DNA of 64,000 bases, taken from the NCBI GenBank assembly GCA_964016885.1, contig OZ024744.1, positions 14,694,001 through 14,758,000 of the forward strand. Direction: 5' to 3'. This stretch comes from Eledone cirrhosa. Its lineage: Eukaryota. Each line of letters starts with the position of its first letter. Position 1 is the first letter of the stretch. This document shows, one piece after another, positions 15,101-30,360 of the stretch. The notes under the pieces are model-generated. The model searched no databases, was not told the DNA's origin, and saw nothing but the letters and a program-made list of their open reading frames with translations. A program made the translations under genes and the position numbers.

Positions 15101-16830
15101 TACTTCTAACATATAACACTATCTCTAACCTCTAACATATAACACTGTCTCTTACTTCTAACATATAACACTGTCTCTTACTTCTAAAATATAACACTGT
15201 CTCTTACCTCAAACATATAACACTGTCTCTAACCTCTAACCTATAACACTGTCACTTACCTCTAACATATAACACTGTCTCTTACTTCTAAAATATAACA
15301 CTGTCTCTTACTCCTAAAATGTAACGCTGTCTCTTATCTCTAACATATAACACTGTCTCTTCCTTCTAACATATAACACTGCCTCTTACTTGTAATATAT
15401 AACACTGTCTCTTACCTCTAACATATAACACTGTCTCTTACCTCTAACATATAACACTGTCACTTACTGCTAAAATATAACACTGTCTCTTACCTCTAAC
15501 ATATAACACTGTCTCTTCTAAGATATAACACTGTCTCTTACTTCTAACATATAACACTGTCTCTCACTTCTAAAATATAACACTGTCTCTTACTTCTAAC
15601 ATATAACACTGTCCCTTACCTCTAACATATAACACTGTCTCTTACTTCTAAAATATAACACTGTCTCTTACTTCTAAAATATAACACTGTCTCCTACTTC
15701 TAAAATATAACTCTGTCTCTTACTTCTAACATATAACACTGTCTCTTACTTCTAACATATAACACTATCTCTAACCTCTAACATATAACACTGTCTCTTA
15801 CTTCTAACATATAACACTGTCTCTTACTTCTAAAATATAACACTGTCTCTTACCTCTAACATATAACACTGTCTCTTACCTCTAACATATAACACTGTCA
15901 CTTACCTCTAACATATAACACTCTCTCTTACTTCTAAAATATAATACTGTCTCTTACTTCTAAAATATAACGCTGTCTCTTATCTCTAACATATAACACT
16001 GTCTATTCCTTCTAACATATAACACTGTCACTTACCTCTAACATATAACACTGTCTCTTACTTCTAAAATATAACACTGTCTCTTACTTCTAAAATATAA
16101 CGCTGTCTCTTATCTCTAACATATAACACTGTCTCTTCCTTCTAAAATATAACACTGTCTCTTACCTCTAACATATACCACTGTCTCTTCTAACATATAA
16201 CACTGTCTCTTACTTCTAACATATAACACTGTCTCTTACTTCTAACATATAAAACTGTCTCTTACCTCTAACATATAACACTGTCTCTTACCTCTAACAT
16301 ATAACACTGTCACTTACTTCTAAAATATAACACTGTCTCTTACCTCTAACATATAACACTGTCTCTTCTAAGATATAACACTGTCTCTTACTTCTAACAT
16401 ATAACACTGTCTCTCACTTCTAAAATATAACAATGTCTCTTACTTCTAAAATATAACACTGTCTCTTACCTCTAACATATAACACTGTCTCTTCTAAGAT
16501 ATAACACTGTCTCTTACTTCTAACATATAACACTGTCTCTCACTTCTAAAATATAACACTGTCTCTTACTTCTAACATATAACACTGTCTCTTACTTCTA
16601 AAATATAACACTGTCTCTTACCTCTAACATATAACACTGTCTCTTCTAAGATATAACACTGTCTCTTACCTCTAACATATAACAATGTCTCTTACTTCTA
16701 ACATATAACACTGTCTCTTACTTCTAACATATAACACTGTCTCTTACCTCTAACATATAACACTGTCTCTTCTAACATATAACACTGTCTCTTACTTCTA
16801 ACATATAAAATGTCTCTTACCTCTAACATA

Positions 16831-19800
16831 TAGTACTGTGTCTTCTAACATATAACACTGTCTCTTACATCTAACATACAACACTGTCTCTTACTTCGAA
16901 CATATAACACTGTCGCTTCTAACATATAACACTGTTTCTTATTTCTAACATATAACACTGTCTCTTACTTCTAACATATAACACTATCTCTAACCTCTAA
17001 CATATAACACTGTCTCTTACCTCTAACATATAACACTGTCTCTTACTTCTAACATATAACACTGTCTCTTACTTCTAACATATAACACTGTCTCTTCTAA
17101 CATATAACACTGTCTCTTACTTCTAAAATATAACACTGTCTCTTACTTCTAAAATATAACACTGTCTCTTACTTCTAAAATATAACACTGTCTCTTACTT
17201 CGAACATATAACACTGTGTCTTATTTCTTACATATAACACTGTCTCTTACTTCTAACATATAACACTATCTTTAACCTCTAACATATAACACTGTCTCTT
17301 ACATCTAACATATAACACTGTCACTTACTTCTAACATATAACACTGTCTCTTACCTCTAACATATAACACTGTCTCTTACCTCTAACATATAACACTGTC
17401 TCTTACCTCTAACATATAACACTGTCTCTTACCTCTATCATATAACACTGTCTCTTACCTCTATCATATAACACTGTCTCTTACCTCTAACATATAACAC
17501 TGTCTCTTCTAACATATAACACTGTCTCTTACTTCTAACATATAAAACTGTCTCTTACTTCTAACACATAAAACTGTCTCTTACCTCTAACATATAACAA
17601 TGTGTCTTCTAACATATAACACTGTCTCTTACTTCTAAAATATAACACTGTCTCTTACCTCTAACATATAACACTGTCTCTTACCTCTAACATATAACAC
17701 TGTCACTTACCTCTAACATATAACACTGTCTCTTACTTCTAAAATATAACACTGTCTCTTACTTCTAAAATATAACGCTGTCTCTTATCTCTAACATATA
17801 ACACTGTCTCTTCCTTCTAACATATAACACTGTCACTTACCTCTAACATATAACACTGTCTCTTACTTCTAAAATATAACACTGTCTCTTACTTCTAAAA
17901 TATAACGCTGTCTCTTATCTCTAACATATAACACTGTCTCTTCCTTCTAAAATATAACACTGTCTCTTACCTCTAACATATACCACTGTCTCTTCTAACA
18001 TATAACACTGTCTCTTACTTCTAACATATAACACTGTCTCTTACTTCTAACATATAAAACTGTCTCTTACCTCTAACATATAACACTGTCTCTTACCTCT
18101 AACATATAACACTGTCACTTACTTCTAAAATATAACACTGTCTCTTACCTCTAACATATAACACTGTCCCTTCTAAGATATAACACTGTCTCTTACTTCT
18201 AACATATAACACTGTCTCTCACTTCTAAAATATAACAATGTCTCTTACTTCTAAAATATAACACTGTCTCTTACCTCTAACATATAACACTGTCTCTTCT
18301 AAGATATAACACTGTCTCTTACTTCTAACATATAACACTGTCTCTCACTTCTAAAATATAACACTGTCTCTTACTTCTAACATATAACACTGTCTCTTAC
18401 TTCTAAAATATAACACTGTCTCTTACCTCTAACATATAACACTGTCTCTTCTAAGATATAACACTGTCTCTTACCTCTAACATATAACAATGTATCTTAC
18501 TTCTAACATATAACACTGTCTCTTACTTCTAACATATAACACTGTCTCTTACCTCTAACATATAACACTGTCTCTTCTAACATATAACACTGTCTCTTAC
18601 TTCTAACATATAAAATGTCTCTTACCTCTAACATATAGTACTGTGTCTTCTAACATATAACACTGTCTCTTACATCTAACATACAACACTGTCTCTTACT
18701 TCGAACATATAACACTGTCGCTTCTAACATATAACACTGTTTCTTATTTCTAACATATAACACTGTCTCTTACTTCTAACATATAACACTATCTCTAACC
18801 TCTAACATATAACACTGTCTCTTACCTCTAACATATAACACTGTCTCTTACTTCTAACATATAACACTGTCTCTTACTTCTAACATATAACACTGTCTCT
18901 TCTAACATATAACACTGTCTCTTACTTCTAAAATATAACACTGTCTCTTACTTCTAAAATATAAGACTGTCTCTTACTTCGAACATATAACACTGTGTCT
19001 TATTTCTTACATATAACACTGTCTCTTACTTCTAACATATAACACTATCTTTAACCTCTAACATATAACACTGTCTCTTACATCTAACATATAACACTGT
19101 CACTTACTTCTAACATATAACACTGTCTCTTACCTCTAACATATAACACTGTCTCTTACCTCTAACATATAACACTGTCTCTTACCTCTAACATATAACA
19201 CTGTCTCTTACCTCTATCATATAACACTGTCTCTTACCTCTATCATATAACACTGTCTCTTACCTCTAACATATAACACTGTCTCTTCTAACATATAACA
19301 CTGTCTCTTACTTCTAACATATAAAACTGTCTCTTACTTCTAACACATAAAACTGTCTCTTACCTCTAACATATAACAATGTGTCTTCTAACATATAACA
19401 CTGTCTCTTACTTCTAAAATATAACACTGTCTCTTACCTCTAACATATAACACTGTCTCTTACCTCTAACATATAACACTGTCACTTACCTCTAACATAT
19501 AACACTGTCTCTTACTTCTAAAATATAACACTGTCTCTTACTTCTAAAATATAACGCTGTCTCTTATCTCTAACATATAACACTGTCTCTTCCTTCTAAC
19601 ATATAACACTGTCACTTACCTCTAACATATAACACTGTCTCTTACTTCTAAAATATAACACTGTCTCTTACTTCTAAAATATAACGCTGTCTCTTATCTC
19701 TAACATATAACACTGTCTCTTCCTTCTAAAATATAACACTGTCTCTTACCTCTAACATATACCACTGTCTCTTCTAACATATAACACTGTCTCTCACTTC

Positions 19801-21990
19801 TAAAATATAACAATGTCTCTTACTTCTAAAATATAACACTGTCTCTTACCTCTAACATATAACACTGTCTCTTCTAAGATATAACACTGTCTCTTACTTC
19901 TAACATATAACACTGTCTCTCACTTCTAAAATATAACACTGTCTCTTACTTCTAACATATAACACTGTCTCTTACTTCTAAAATATAACACTGTCTCTTA
20001 CCTCTAACATATAACACTGTCTCTTCTAAGATATAACACTGTCTTTTACCTCTAACATATAACAATGTCTCTTACTTCTAACATATAACACTGTCTCTTA
20101 CTTCTAACATATAACACTGTCTCTTACCTCTAACATATAACACTGTCTCTTCTAACATATAACACTGTCTATTACTTCTAACATATAAAATGTCTCTTAC
20201 CTCTAACATATAGTACTGTGTCTTCTAACATATAACACTGTCTCTTACATCTAACATACAACACTGTCTCTTACTTCGAACATATAACACTGTCGCTTCT
20301 AACATATAACACTGTTTCTTATTTCTAACATATAACACTGTCTCTTACTTCTAACATATAACACTATCTCTAACCTCTAACATATAACACTGTCTCTTAC
20401 CTCTAACATATAACACTGTCTCTTACTTCTAACATATAACACTGTCTCTTACTTCTAAAATATAACACTGTCTCTTCTAACATATAACATTGTCTCTTAC
20501 TTCTAAAATATAACACTGTCTCTTACTTCTAAAATATAACACTGCCTCTTACTTCGAACATATAACACTGTGTCTTATTTCTTACATATAACACTGTCTC
20601 TTACTTCTAACATATAACACTATCTTTAACCTCTAACATATAACACTGTCTCTTACATCTAACATATAACACTGTCACTTACTTCTAACATATAACACTG
20701 TCTCTTACCTCTAACATATAACACTGTCTCTTACCTCTAACATATAACACTGTCTCTTACCTCTAACATATAACACTGTCTCTTACCTCTATCATATAAC
20801 ACTGTCTCTTACCTCTATCATATAACACTGTCTCTTACCTCTAACATATAACACTGTCTCTTCTAACATATAACACTGTCTCTTACTTCTAACATATAAA
20901 ACTGTCTCTTACTTCTAACACATAAAACTGTCTCTTACCTCTAACATATAACAATGTGTCTTCTAACATATAACACTGTCTCTTACTTCTAAAATATAAC
21001 ACTGTCTCTTACCTCTAACATATAACACTGTCTCTTACCTCTAACATATAACACTGTCACTTACCTCTAACATATAACACTGTCTCTTACTTCTAAAATA
21101 TAACACTGTCTCTTACTTCTAAAATATAACGCTGTCTCTTATCTCTAACATATAACACTGTCTCTTCCTTCTAACATATAACACTGTCACTTACCTCTAA
21201 CATATAACACTGTCTCTTACTTCTAAAATATAACACTGTCTCTTACTTCTAAAATATAACGCTGTCTCTTATCTCTAACATATAACACTGTCTCTTCCTT
21301 CTAAAATATAACACTGTCTCTTACCTCTAACATATACCACTGTCTCTTCTAACATATAACACTGTCTCTTACTTCTAACATATAACACTGTCTCTTACTT
21401 CTAACATATAAAACTGTCTCTTACCTCTAACATATAACACTGTCTCTTACCTCTAACATATAACACTGTCACTTACTTCTAAAATATAACACTGTCTCTT
21501 ACCTCTAACATATAACACTGTCCCTTCTAAGATATAACACTGTCTCTTACTTCTAACATATAACACTGTCTCTCACTTCTAAAATATAACAATGTCTCTT
21601 ACTTCTAAAATATAACACTGTCTCTTACCTCTAACATATAACACTGTCTCTTCTAAGATATAACACTGTCTCTTACTTCTAACATATAACACTGTCTCTC
21701 ACTTCTAAAATATAACACTGTCTCTTACTTCTAACATATAACACTGTCTCTTACTTCTAAAATATAACACTGTCTCTTACCTCTAACATATAACACTGTC
21801 TCTTCTAAGATATAACACTGTCTCTTACCTCTAACATATAACAATGTCTCTTACTTCTAACATATAACACTGTCTCTTACTTCTAACATATAACACTGTC
21901 TCTTACCTCTAACATATAACACTGTCTCTTCTAACATATAACACTGTCTATTACTTCTAACATATAAAATGTCTCTTACATCTAACATAC
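16831..21990 (+). repeat. Run of 1779-bp HOR length variants (1805 bp, 1575 bp, then a unit ending in a 48-bp deletion)
   Basis: TAGTACT marker at 16831, 18636 and 20211. The spacings are 1779+26 and 1779-204. Confidence 0.85.
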
Positions 21991-22640
21991 AACACTGTCT
22001 CTTACTTCGAACATATAACACTGTCGCTTCTAACATATAACACTGTTTCTTATTTCTAACATATAACACTGTCTCTTACTTCTAACATATAACACTATCT
22101 CTAACCTCTAACATATAACACTGTCTCTTACCTCTAACATATAACACTGTCTCTTACTTCTAACATATAACACTGTCTCTTACTTCTAACATATAACACT
22201 GTCTCTTCTAACATATAACACTGTCTCTTACCTCTAACATATAACACTGTCTCTTACTTCTAACATATAACACTGTCTCTTACTTCTAACATATAACACT
22301 GTCTCTTACTTCTAACATACAACACTGTCTCTTACTTCGAACATATAACACTGTCGCTTCTAACATATAACACTGTTTCTTATTTCTAACATATAACACT
22401 GTCTCTTACTTCTAACATATAACACTATCTCTAACCTCTAACATATAACACTGTCTCTTACCTCTAACATATAACACTGTCTCTTACTTCTAACATATAA
22501 CACTGTCTCTTACTTCTAACATATAACACTGTCTCTTCTAACATATAACACTGTCTCTTACCTCTAACATATAACACTGTCTCTTACTTCTAACATATAA
22601 CACTGTCTCTTACTTCTAACATATAACACTGTCTCTTACT
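21981..22640 (+). repeat. Local 330-bp (13-monomer) tandem duplication; also at about 30360, 44350 and 54510
   Basis: TCTAACATACAACACTGTCTCTTACTTCGA at 21981 and 22311. The same 330 offset occurs at 30361/30691. Confidence 0.85.
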
Positions 22641-25600
22641 TCTAACATATAACACTGTCTCTCACTTCTAAAATATAACACTGTCTCTTACTTCTAACAT
22701 ATACACTGTCCCTTACCTCTAACATATAACACTGTCTCCTACTTCTAAAATATAACACTGTCTCTTACCTCTAACATATAACACTGTCTCTTACTTCTAA
22801 AATATAACACTGTTTCTTACCTCTAACATATAACACTGTCTCTTCTAAGATATAACACTGTCTCTTACTTCTAACATATAACACTGTCTCTCACTTCTAA
22901 AATATAACACTGTCTCTTACTTCTAACATATAACACTGTCCCTTACCTCTAACATGTAACACTGTCTCTTACTTCTAAAATATAACAATGTCTCTTACTT
23001 CTAAAATATAACACTGTCTCTTACTTCTAACATATAACACTGTCTATTACTTCTAAATCATAACACTGTCTCTTACTTCTAACATATAACACTGTCTCTT
23101 ACTTCTAAGATACAACACTGTCTTTTACTTCTAACATATAACACTGTCTCTTACTTCTAACATATAACACTGTCTCTTACTTCTAACATATAAAACTGTC
23201 TCTTACCTCTAACATATAACACTGTCTCTTACCTCTAACATATAACACTGTCTCTTACCTCTAATATATAACACAGTCTCTTACCTCTAACATATAACAC
23301 TGTCTCTTACATCTAACATATAACACTGTCTCTTACTTCTAACATATAACACTGTCTCTTACCTCTAATATATAACACTGTCTCTTACCTCTAACATATA
23401 ACACTGTCTCTTACATCTAACATATAACACTGTCTCTTACTTCTAACATATAACACTGTCTCTTACCTCTAACATATAACACTGTCTCTTACATCTAACA
23501 TATAACACTGTCTCTTACATCTAACACTGTCTCTTACTTCTAACATATAACACTGTCTCTTACCTCTAACATATAACACTGTCTCTTACCTCTAACATTT
23601 AACACTGTCTCTTACCTCTAATATATAACACTGTCTCTTACCTCTAACATATAACACTGTATCTTACTTCTAACATATAACACTGTCTCTTACTTCTAAC
23701 ATATAACACTGTCTCTTACTTCTAACATATAAAACTGTCTCTTACCTCTAACATATAACACTGTCTCTTACATCTAACATACAACACTGTCTCTTACTTC
23801 TAACATATAACACTGTCTCTTCTAACATATAACACTGTATCTTACTTCTAAAATATAACACTGTCGCTTACCTCTAACATATAACACTGTCTCTTACTTC
23901 TAACATATAACACTGTCTCTTACTTCTAACATATAACACTGTCTCTTACTTCTAACATATAAAACTGTCTCTTACCTCTAACATATAACACTGTCTCTTA
24001 CTTCTAACATATAACACTGTCTCTTACATCTAACATACAACACTGTCTCTTACTTCTAACATATAACACTGTCTCTTCTAATATATAACACTGTCTCTTA
24101 CTTCTAACATATAATACTGTCTCTCACTTCTAAAATATAACACTGTCTCTTACTTCTAACATATACACTGTCCCTTACCTCTAACATATAACACTGTCTC
24201 TTACTTCTAAAATATAACACGGTCTCTTACTTCTAACATATAACACTGTTTCCTACTTCTAAAATATAACACTGTCTCTTACTTCTAAAATATAACACTG
24301 TCTCTTACCTCTAACATATAACACTGTCTCTTACATCTAACATATAACACTGTCTCTTACATCTAACATATAACACTGTCTCTTACTTCTAACATATAAC
24401 ACTGTCTCTTACTTCTAACATTTAACACTGTCTCTTACTTCTAATATTATAACACTGTCTCTTACTTCTAACATATAACACTGTCTCTTACTTCTAACAT
24501 ATAACACTGTATATTACTTCTAAAACATAACACTGTCTCTTACTTCTAACATACAACACTGTCTCTTACCTCTAACATATAACACTGTCTCTACTAACAT
24601 ATAACACTGTCTCTTACTTCTAACATATAACACTGTCTCTTACTTCTAAAACATAACACTGTCTCTTACTTCTAACAAACAACACTGTCTCTTACTTCTA
24701 ACAGATAACACTGTCTGTTCTAACATATAACACTGTATCTTACTTCTAAAATATAACACTGTCTCTTACTTCTAACATATAACACTCTCTCTTACTTCTA
24801 AAATATAACACTGTCTCTCACTTCTAAAATATAACACTGCGTCTTACTTTTAAATATAATATTGTCTCTTACTTCTGAAATATAACACTGTCTCTTACTT
24901 CTAACATATAACACTGTTTCCTATTTCTAAAATATAACACTGTCTCTTACTTCTAAAATATGACACTGTCTCTTACTTCTAAAATATAACACTGTCTCTT
25001 ACTTCTAAAATATAACACTGTCTCTTACTTCTGAAATATAACTCTGTCTCTTACTTCTAACATATAACACTGTCTCTTACTTCTAACATATAACACTATC
25101 TCTAACCTCTAACATATAACACTGTCTCTTACTTCTAACATATAACACTGTCTCTTACTTCTAAAATATAACACTGTCTCTTACCTCAAACATATAACAC
25201 TGTCTCTAACCTCTAACCTATAACACTGTCACTTACCTCTAACATATAACACTGTCTCTTACTTCTAAAATATAACACTGTCTCTTACTCCTAAAATGTA
25301 ACGCTGTCTCTTATCTCTAACATATAACACTGTCTCTTCCTTCTAACATATAACACTGCCTCTTACTTGTAATATATAACACTGTCTCTTACCTCTAACA
25401 TATAACACTGTCTCTTACCTCTAACATATAACACTGTCACTTACTGCTAAAATATAACACTGTCTCTTACCTCTAACATATAACACTGTCTCTTCTAAGA
25501 TATAACACTGTCTCTTACTTCTAACATATAACACTGTCTCTCACTTCTAAAATATAACACTGTCTCTTACTTCTAACATATAACACTGTCCCTTACCTCT

Positions 25601-26807
25601 AACATATAACACTGTCTCTTACTTCTAAAATATAACACTGTCTCTTACTTCTAAAATATAACACTGTCTCCTACTTCTAAAATATAACTCTGTCTCTTAC
25701 TTCTAACATATAACACTGTCTCTTACTTCTAACATATAACACTATCTCTAACCTCTAACATATAACACTGTCTCTTACTTCTAACATATAACACTGTCTC
25801 TTACTTCTAAAATATAACACTGTCTCTTACCTCTAACATATAACACTGTCTCTTACCTCTAACATATAACACTGTCACTTACCTCTAACATATAACACTG
25901 TCTCTTACTTCTAAAATATAACACTGTCTCTTACTTCTAAAATATAACGCTGTCTCTTATCTCTAACATATAACACTGTCTATTCCTTCTAACATATAAC
26001 ACTGTCACTTACCTCTAACATATAACACTGTCTCTTACTTCTAAAATATAACACTGTCTCTTACTTCTAAAATATAACGCTGTCTCTTATCTCTAACATA
26101 TAACACTGTCTCTTCCTTCTAAAATATAACACTGTCTCTTACCTCTAACATATACCACTGTCTCTTCTAACATATAACACTGTCTCTTACTTCTAACATA
26201 TAACACTGTCTCTTACTTCTAACATATAAAACTGTCTCTTACCTCTAACATATAACACTGTCTCTTACCTCTAACATATAACACTGTCACTTACTTCTAA
26301 AATATAACACTGTCTCTTACCTCTAACATATAACACTGTCTCTTCTAAGATATAACACTGTCTCTTACTTCTAACATATAACACTGTCTCTCACTTCTAA
26401 AATATAACAATGTCTCTTACTTCTAAAATATAACACTGTCTCTTACCTCTAACATATAACACTGTCTCTTCTAAGATATAACACTGTCTCTTACTTCTAA
26501 CATATAACACTGTCTCTCACTTCTAAAATATAACACTGTCTCTTACTTCTAACATATAACACTGTCTCTTACTTCTAAAATATAACACTGTCTCTTACCT
26601 CTAACATATAACACTGTCTCTTCTAAGATATAACACTGTCTCTTACCTCTAACATATAACAATGTCTCTTACTTCTAACATATAACACTGTCTCTTACTT
26701 CTAACATATAACACTGTCTCTTACCTCTAACATATAACACTGTCTCTTCTAACATATAACACTGTCTCTTACTTCTAACATATAAAATGTCTCTTACCTC
26801 TAACATA

Positions 26808-29800
26808 TAGTACTGTGTCTTCTAACATATAACACTGTCTCTTACATCTAACATACAACACTGTCTCTTACTTCGAACATATAACACTGTCGCTTCTAAC
26901 ATATAACACTGTTTCTTATTTCTAACATATAACACTGTCTCTTACTTCTAACATATAACACTATCTCTAACCTCTAACATATAACACTGTCTCTTACCTC
27001 TAACATATAACACTGTCTCTTACTTCTAACATATAACACTGTCTCTTACTTCTAACATATAACACTGTCTCTTCTAACATATAACACTGTCTCTTACTTC
27101 TAAAATATAACACTGTCTCTTACTTCTAAAATATAAGACTGTCTCTTACTTCGAACATATAACACTGTGTCTTATTTCTTACATATAACACTGTCTCTTA
27201 CTTCTAACATATAACACTATCTTTAACCTCTAACATATAACACTGTCTCTTACATCTAACATATAACACTGTCACTTACTTCTAACATATAACACTGTCT
27301 CTTACCTCTAACATATAACACTGTCTCTTACCTCTAACATATAACACTGTCTCTTACCTCTAACATATAACACTGTCTCTTACCTCTATCATATAACACT
27401 GTCTCTTACCTCTATCATATAACACTGTCTCTTACCTCTAACATATAACACTGTCTCTTCTAACATATAACACTGTCTCTTACTTCTAACATATAAAACT
27501 GTCTCTTACTTCTAACACATAAAACTGTCTCTTACCTCTAACATATAACAATGTGTCTTCTAACATATAACACTGTCTCTTACTTCTAAAATATAACACT
27601 GTCTCTTACCTCTAACATATAACACTGTCTCTTACCTCTAACATATAACACTGTCACTTACCTCTAACATATAACACTGTCTCTTACTTCTAAAATATAA
27701 CACTGTCTCTTACTTCTAAAATATAACGCTGTCTCTTATCTCTAACATATAACACTGTCTCTTCCTTCTAACATATAACACTGTCACTTACCTCTAACAT
27801 ATAACACTGTCTCTTACTTCTAAAATATAACACTGTCTCTTACTTCTAAAATATAACGCTGTCTCTTATCTCTAACATATAACACTGTCTCTTCCTTCTA
27901 AAATATAACACTGTCTCTTACCTCTAACATATACCACTGTCTCTTCTAACATATAACACTGTCTCTTACTTCTAACATATAACACTGTCTCTTACTTCTA
28001 ACATATAAAACTGTCTCTTACCTCTAACATATAACACTGTCTCTTACCTCTAACATATAACACTGTCACTTACTTCTAAAATATAACACTGTCTCTTACC
28101 TCTAACATATAACACTGTCCCTTCTAAGATATAACACTGTCTCTTACTTCTAACATATAACACTGTCTCTCACTTCTAAAATATAACAATGTCTCTTACT
28201 TCTAAAATATAACACTGTCTCTTACCTCTAACATATAACACTGTCTCTTCTAAGATATAACACTGTCTCTTACTTCTAACATATAACACTGTCTCTCACT
28301 TCTAAAATATAACACTGTCTCTTACTTCTAACATATAACACTGTCTCTTACTTCTAAAATATAACACTGTCTCTTACCTCTAACATATAACACTGTCTCT
28401 TCTAAGATATAACACTGTCTTTTACCTCTAACATATAACAATGTCTCTTACTTCTAACATATAACACTGTCTCTTACTTCTAACATATAACACTGTCTCT
28501 TACCTCTAACATATAACACTGTCTCTTCTAACATATAACACTGTCTATTACTTCTAACATATAAAATGTCTCTTACCTCTAACATATAGTACTGTGTCTT
28601 CTAACATATAACACTGTCTCTTACATCTAACATACAACACTGTCTCTTACTTCGAACATATAACACTGTCGCTTCTAACATATAACACTGTTTCTTATTT
28701 CTAACATATAACACTGTCTCTTACTTCTAACATATAACACTATCTCTAACCTCTAACATATAACACTGTCTCTTACCTCTAACATATAACACTGTCTCTT
28801 ACTTCTAACATATAACACTGTCTCTTACTTCTAAAATATAACACTGTCTCTTCTAACATATAACATTGTCTCTTACTTCTAAAATATAACACTGTCTCTT
28901 ACTTCTAAAATATAACACTGCCTCTTACTTCGAACATATAACACTGTGTCTTATTTCTTACATATAACACTGTCTCTTACTTCTAACATATAACACTATC
29001 TTTAACCTCTAACATATAACACTGTCTCTTACATCTAACATATAACACTGTCACTTACTTCTAACATATAACACTGTCTCTTACCTCTAACATATAACAC
29101 TGTCTCTTACCTCTAACATATAACACTGTCTCTTACCTCTAACATATAACACTGTCTCTTACCTCTATCATATAACACTGTCTCTTACCTCTATCATATA
29201 ACACTGTCTCTTACCTCTAACATATAACACTGTCTCTTCTAACATATAACACTGTCTCTTACTTCTAACATATAAAACTGTCTCTTACTTCTAACACATA
29301 AAACTGTCTCTTACCTCTAACATATAACAATGTGTCTTCTAACATATAACACTGTCTCTTACTTCTAAAATATAACACTGTCTCTTACCTCTAACATATA
29401 ACACTGTCTCTTACCTCTAACATATAACACTGTCACTTACCTCTAACATATAACACTGTCTCTTACTTCTAAAATATAACACTGTCTCTTACTTCTAAAA
29501 TATAACGCTGTCTCTTATCTCTAACATATAACACTGTCTCTTCCTTCTAACATATAACACTGTCACTTACCTCTAACATATAACACTGTCTCTTACTTCT
29601 AAAATATAACACTGTCTCTTACTTCTAAAATATAACGCTGTCTCTTATCTCTAACATATAACACTGTCTCTTCCTTCTAAAATATAACACTGTCTCTTAC
29701 CTCTAACATATACCACTGTCTCTTCTAACATATAACACTGTCTCTTACTTCTAACATATAACACTGTCTCTTACTTCTAACATATAAAACTGTCTCTTAC

Positions 29801-30360
29801 CTCTAACATATAACACTGTCTCTTACCTCTAACATATAACACTGTCACTTACTTCTAAAATATAACACTGTCTCTTACCTCTAACATATAACACTGTCCC
29901 TTCTAAGATATAACACTGTCTCTTACTTCTAACATATAACACTGTCTCTCACTTCTAAAATATAACAATGTCTCTTACTTCTAAAATATAACACTGTCTC
30001 TTACCTCTAACATATAACACTGTCTCTTCTAAGATATAACACTGTCTCTTACTTCTAACATATAACACTGTCTCTCACTTCTAAAATATAACACTGTCTC
30101 TTACTTCTAACATATAACACTGTCTCTTACTTCTAAAATATAACACTGTCTCTTACCTCTAACATATAACACTGTCTCTTCTAAGATATAACACTGTCTC
30201 TTACCTCTAACATATAACAATGTCTCTTACTTCTAACATATAACACTGTCTCTTACTTCTAACATATAACACTGTCTCTTACCTCTAACATATAACACTG
30301 TCTCTTCTAACATATAACACTGTCTATTACTTCTAACATATAAAATGTCTCTTACATCTA
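26808..30360 (+). repeat. Two tandem units of the 1779-bp (70-monomer) HOR
   Basis: TAGTACT at 26808 and 28587 (1779 apart), with the same ordered series of variant monomers in each unit. Confidence 0.9.

Larger units (their letters stand above)
12800..27100 (+). repeat. Duplicated block at offset 9977 (approx. 12.8-17.1 kb vs 22.8-27.1 kb; boundaries approximate)
   Basis: AACATGTAAC at 12974/22951, GCGTCTTACTTTTAAAT at 14862/24839 and TAGTACT at 16831/26808 are all offset by 9977. Confidence 0.85.
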
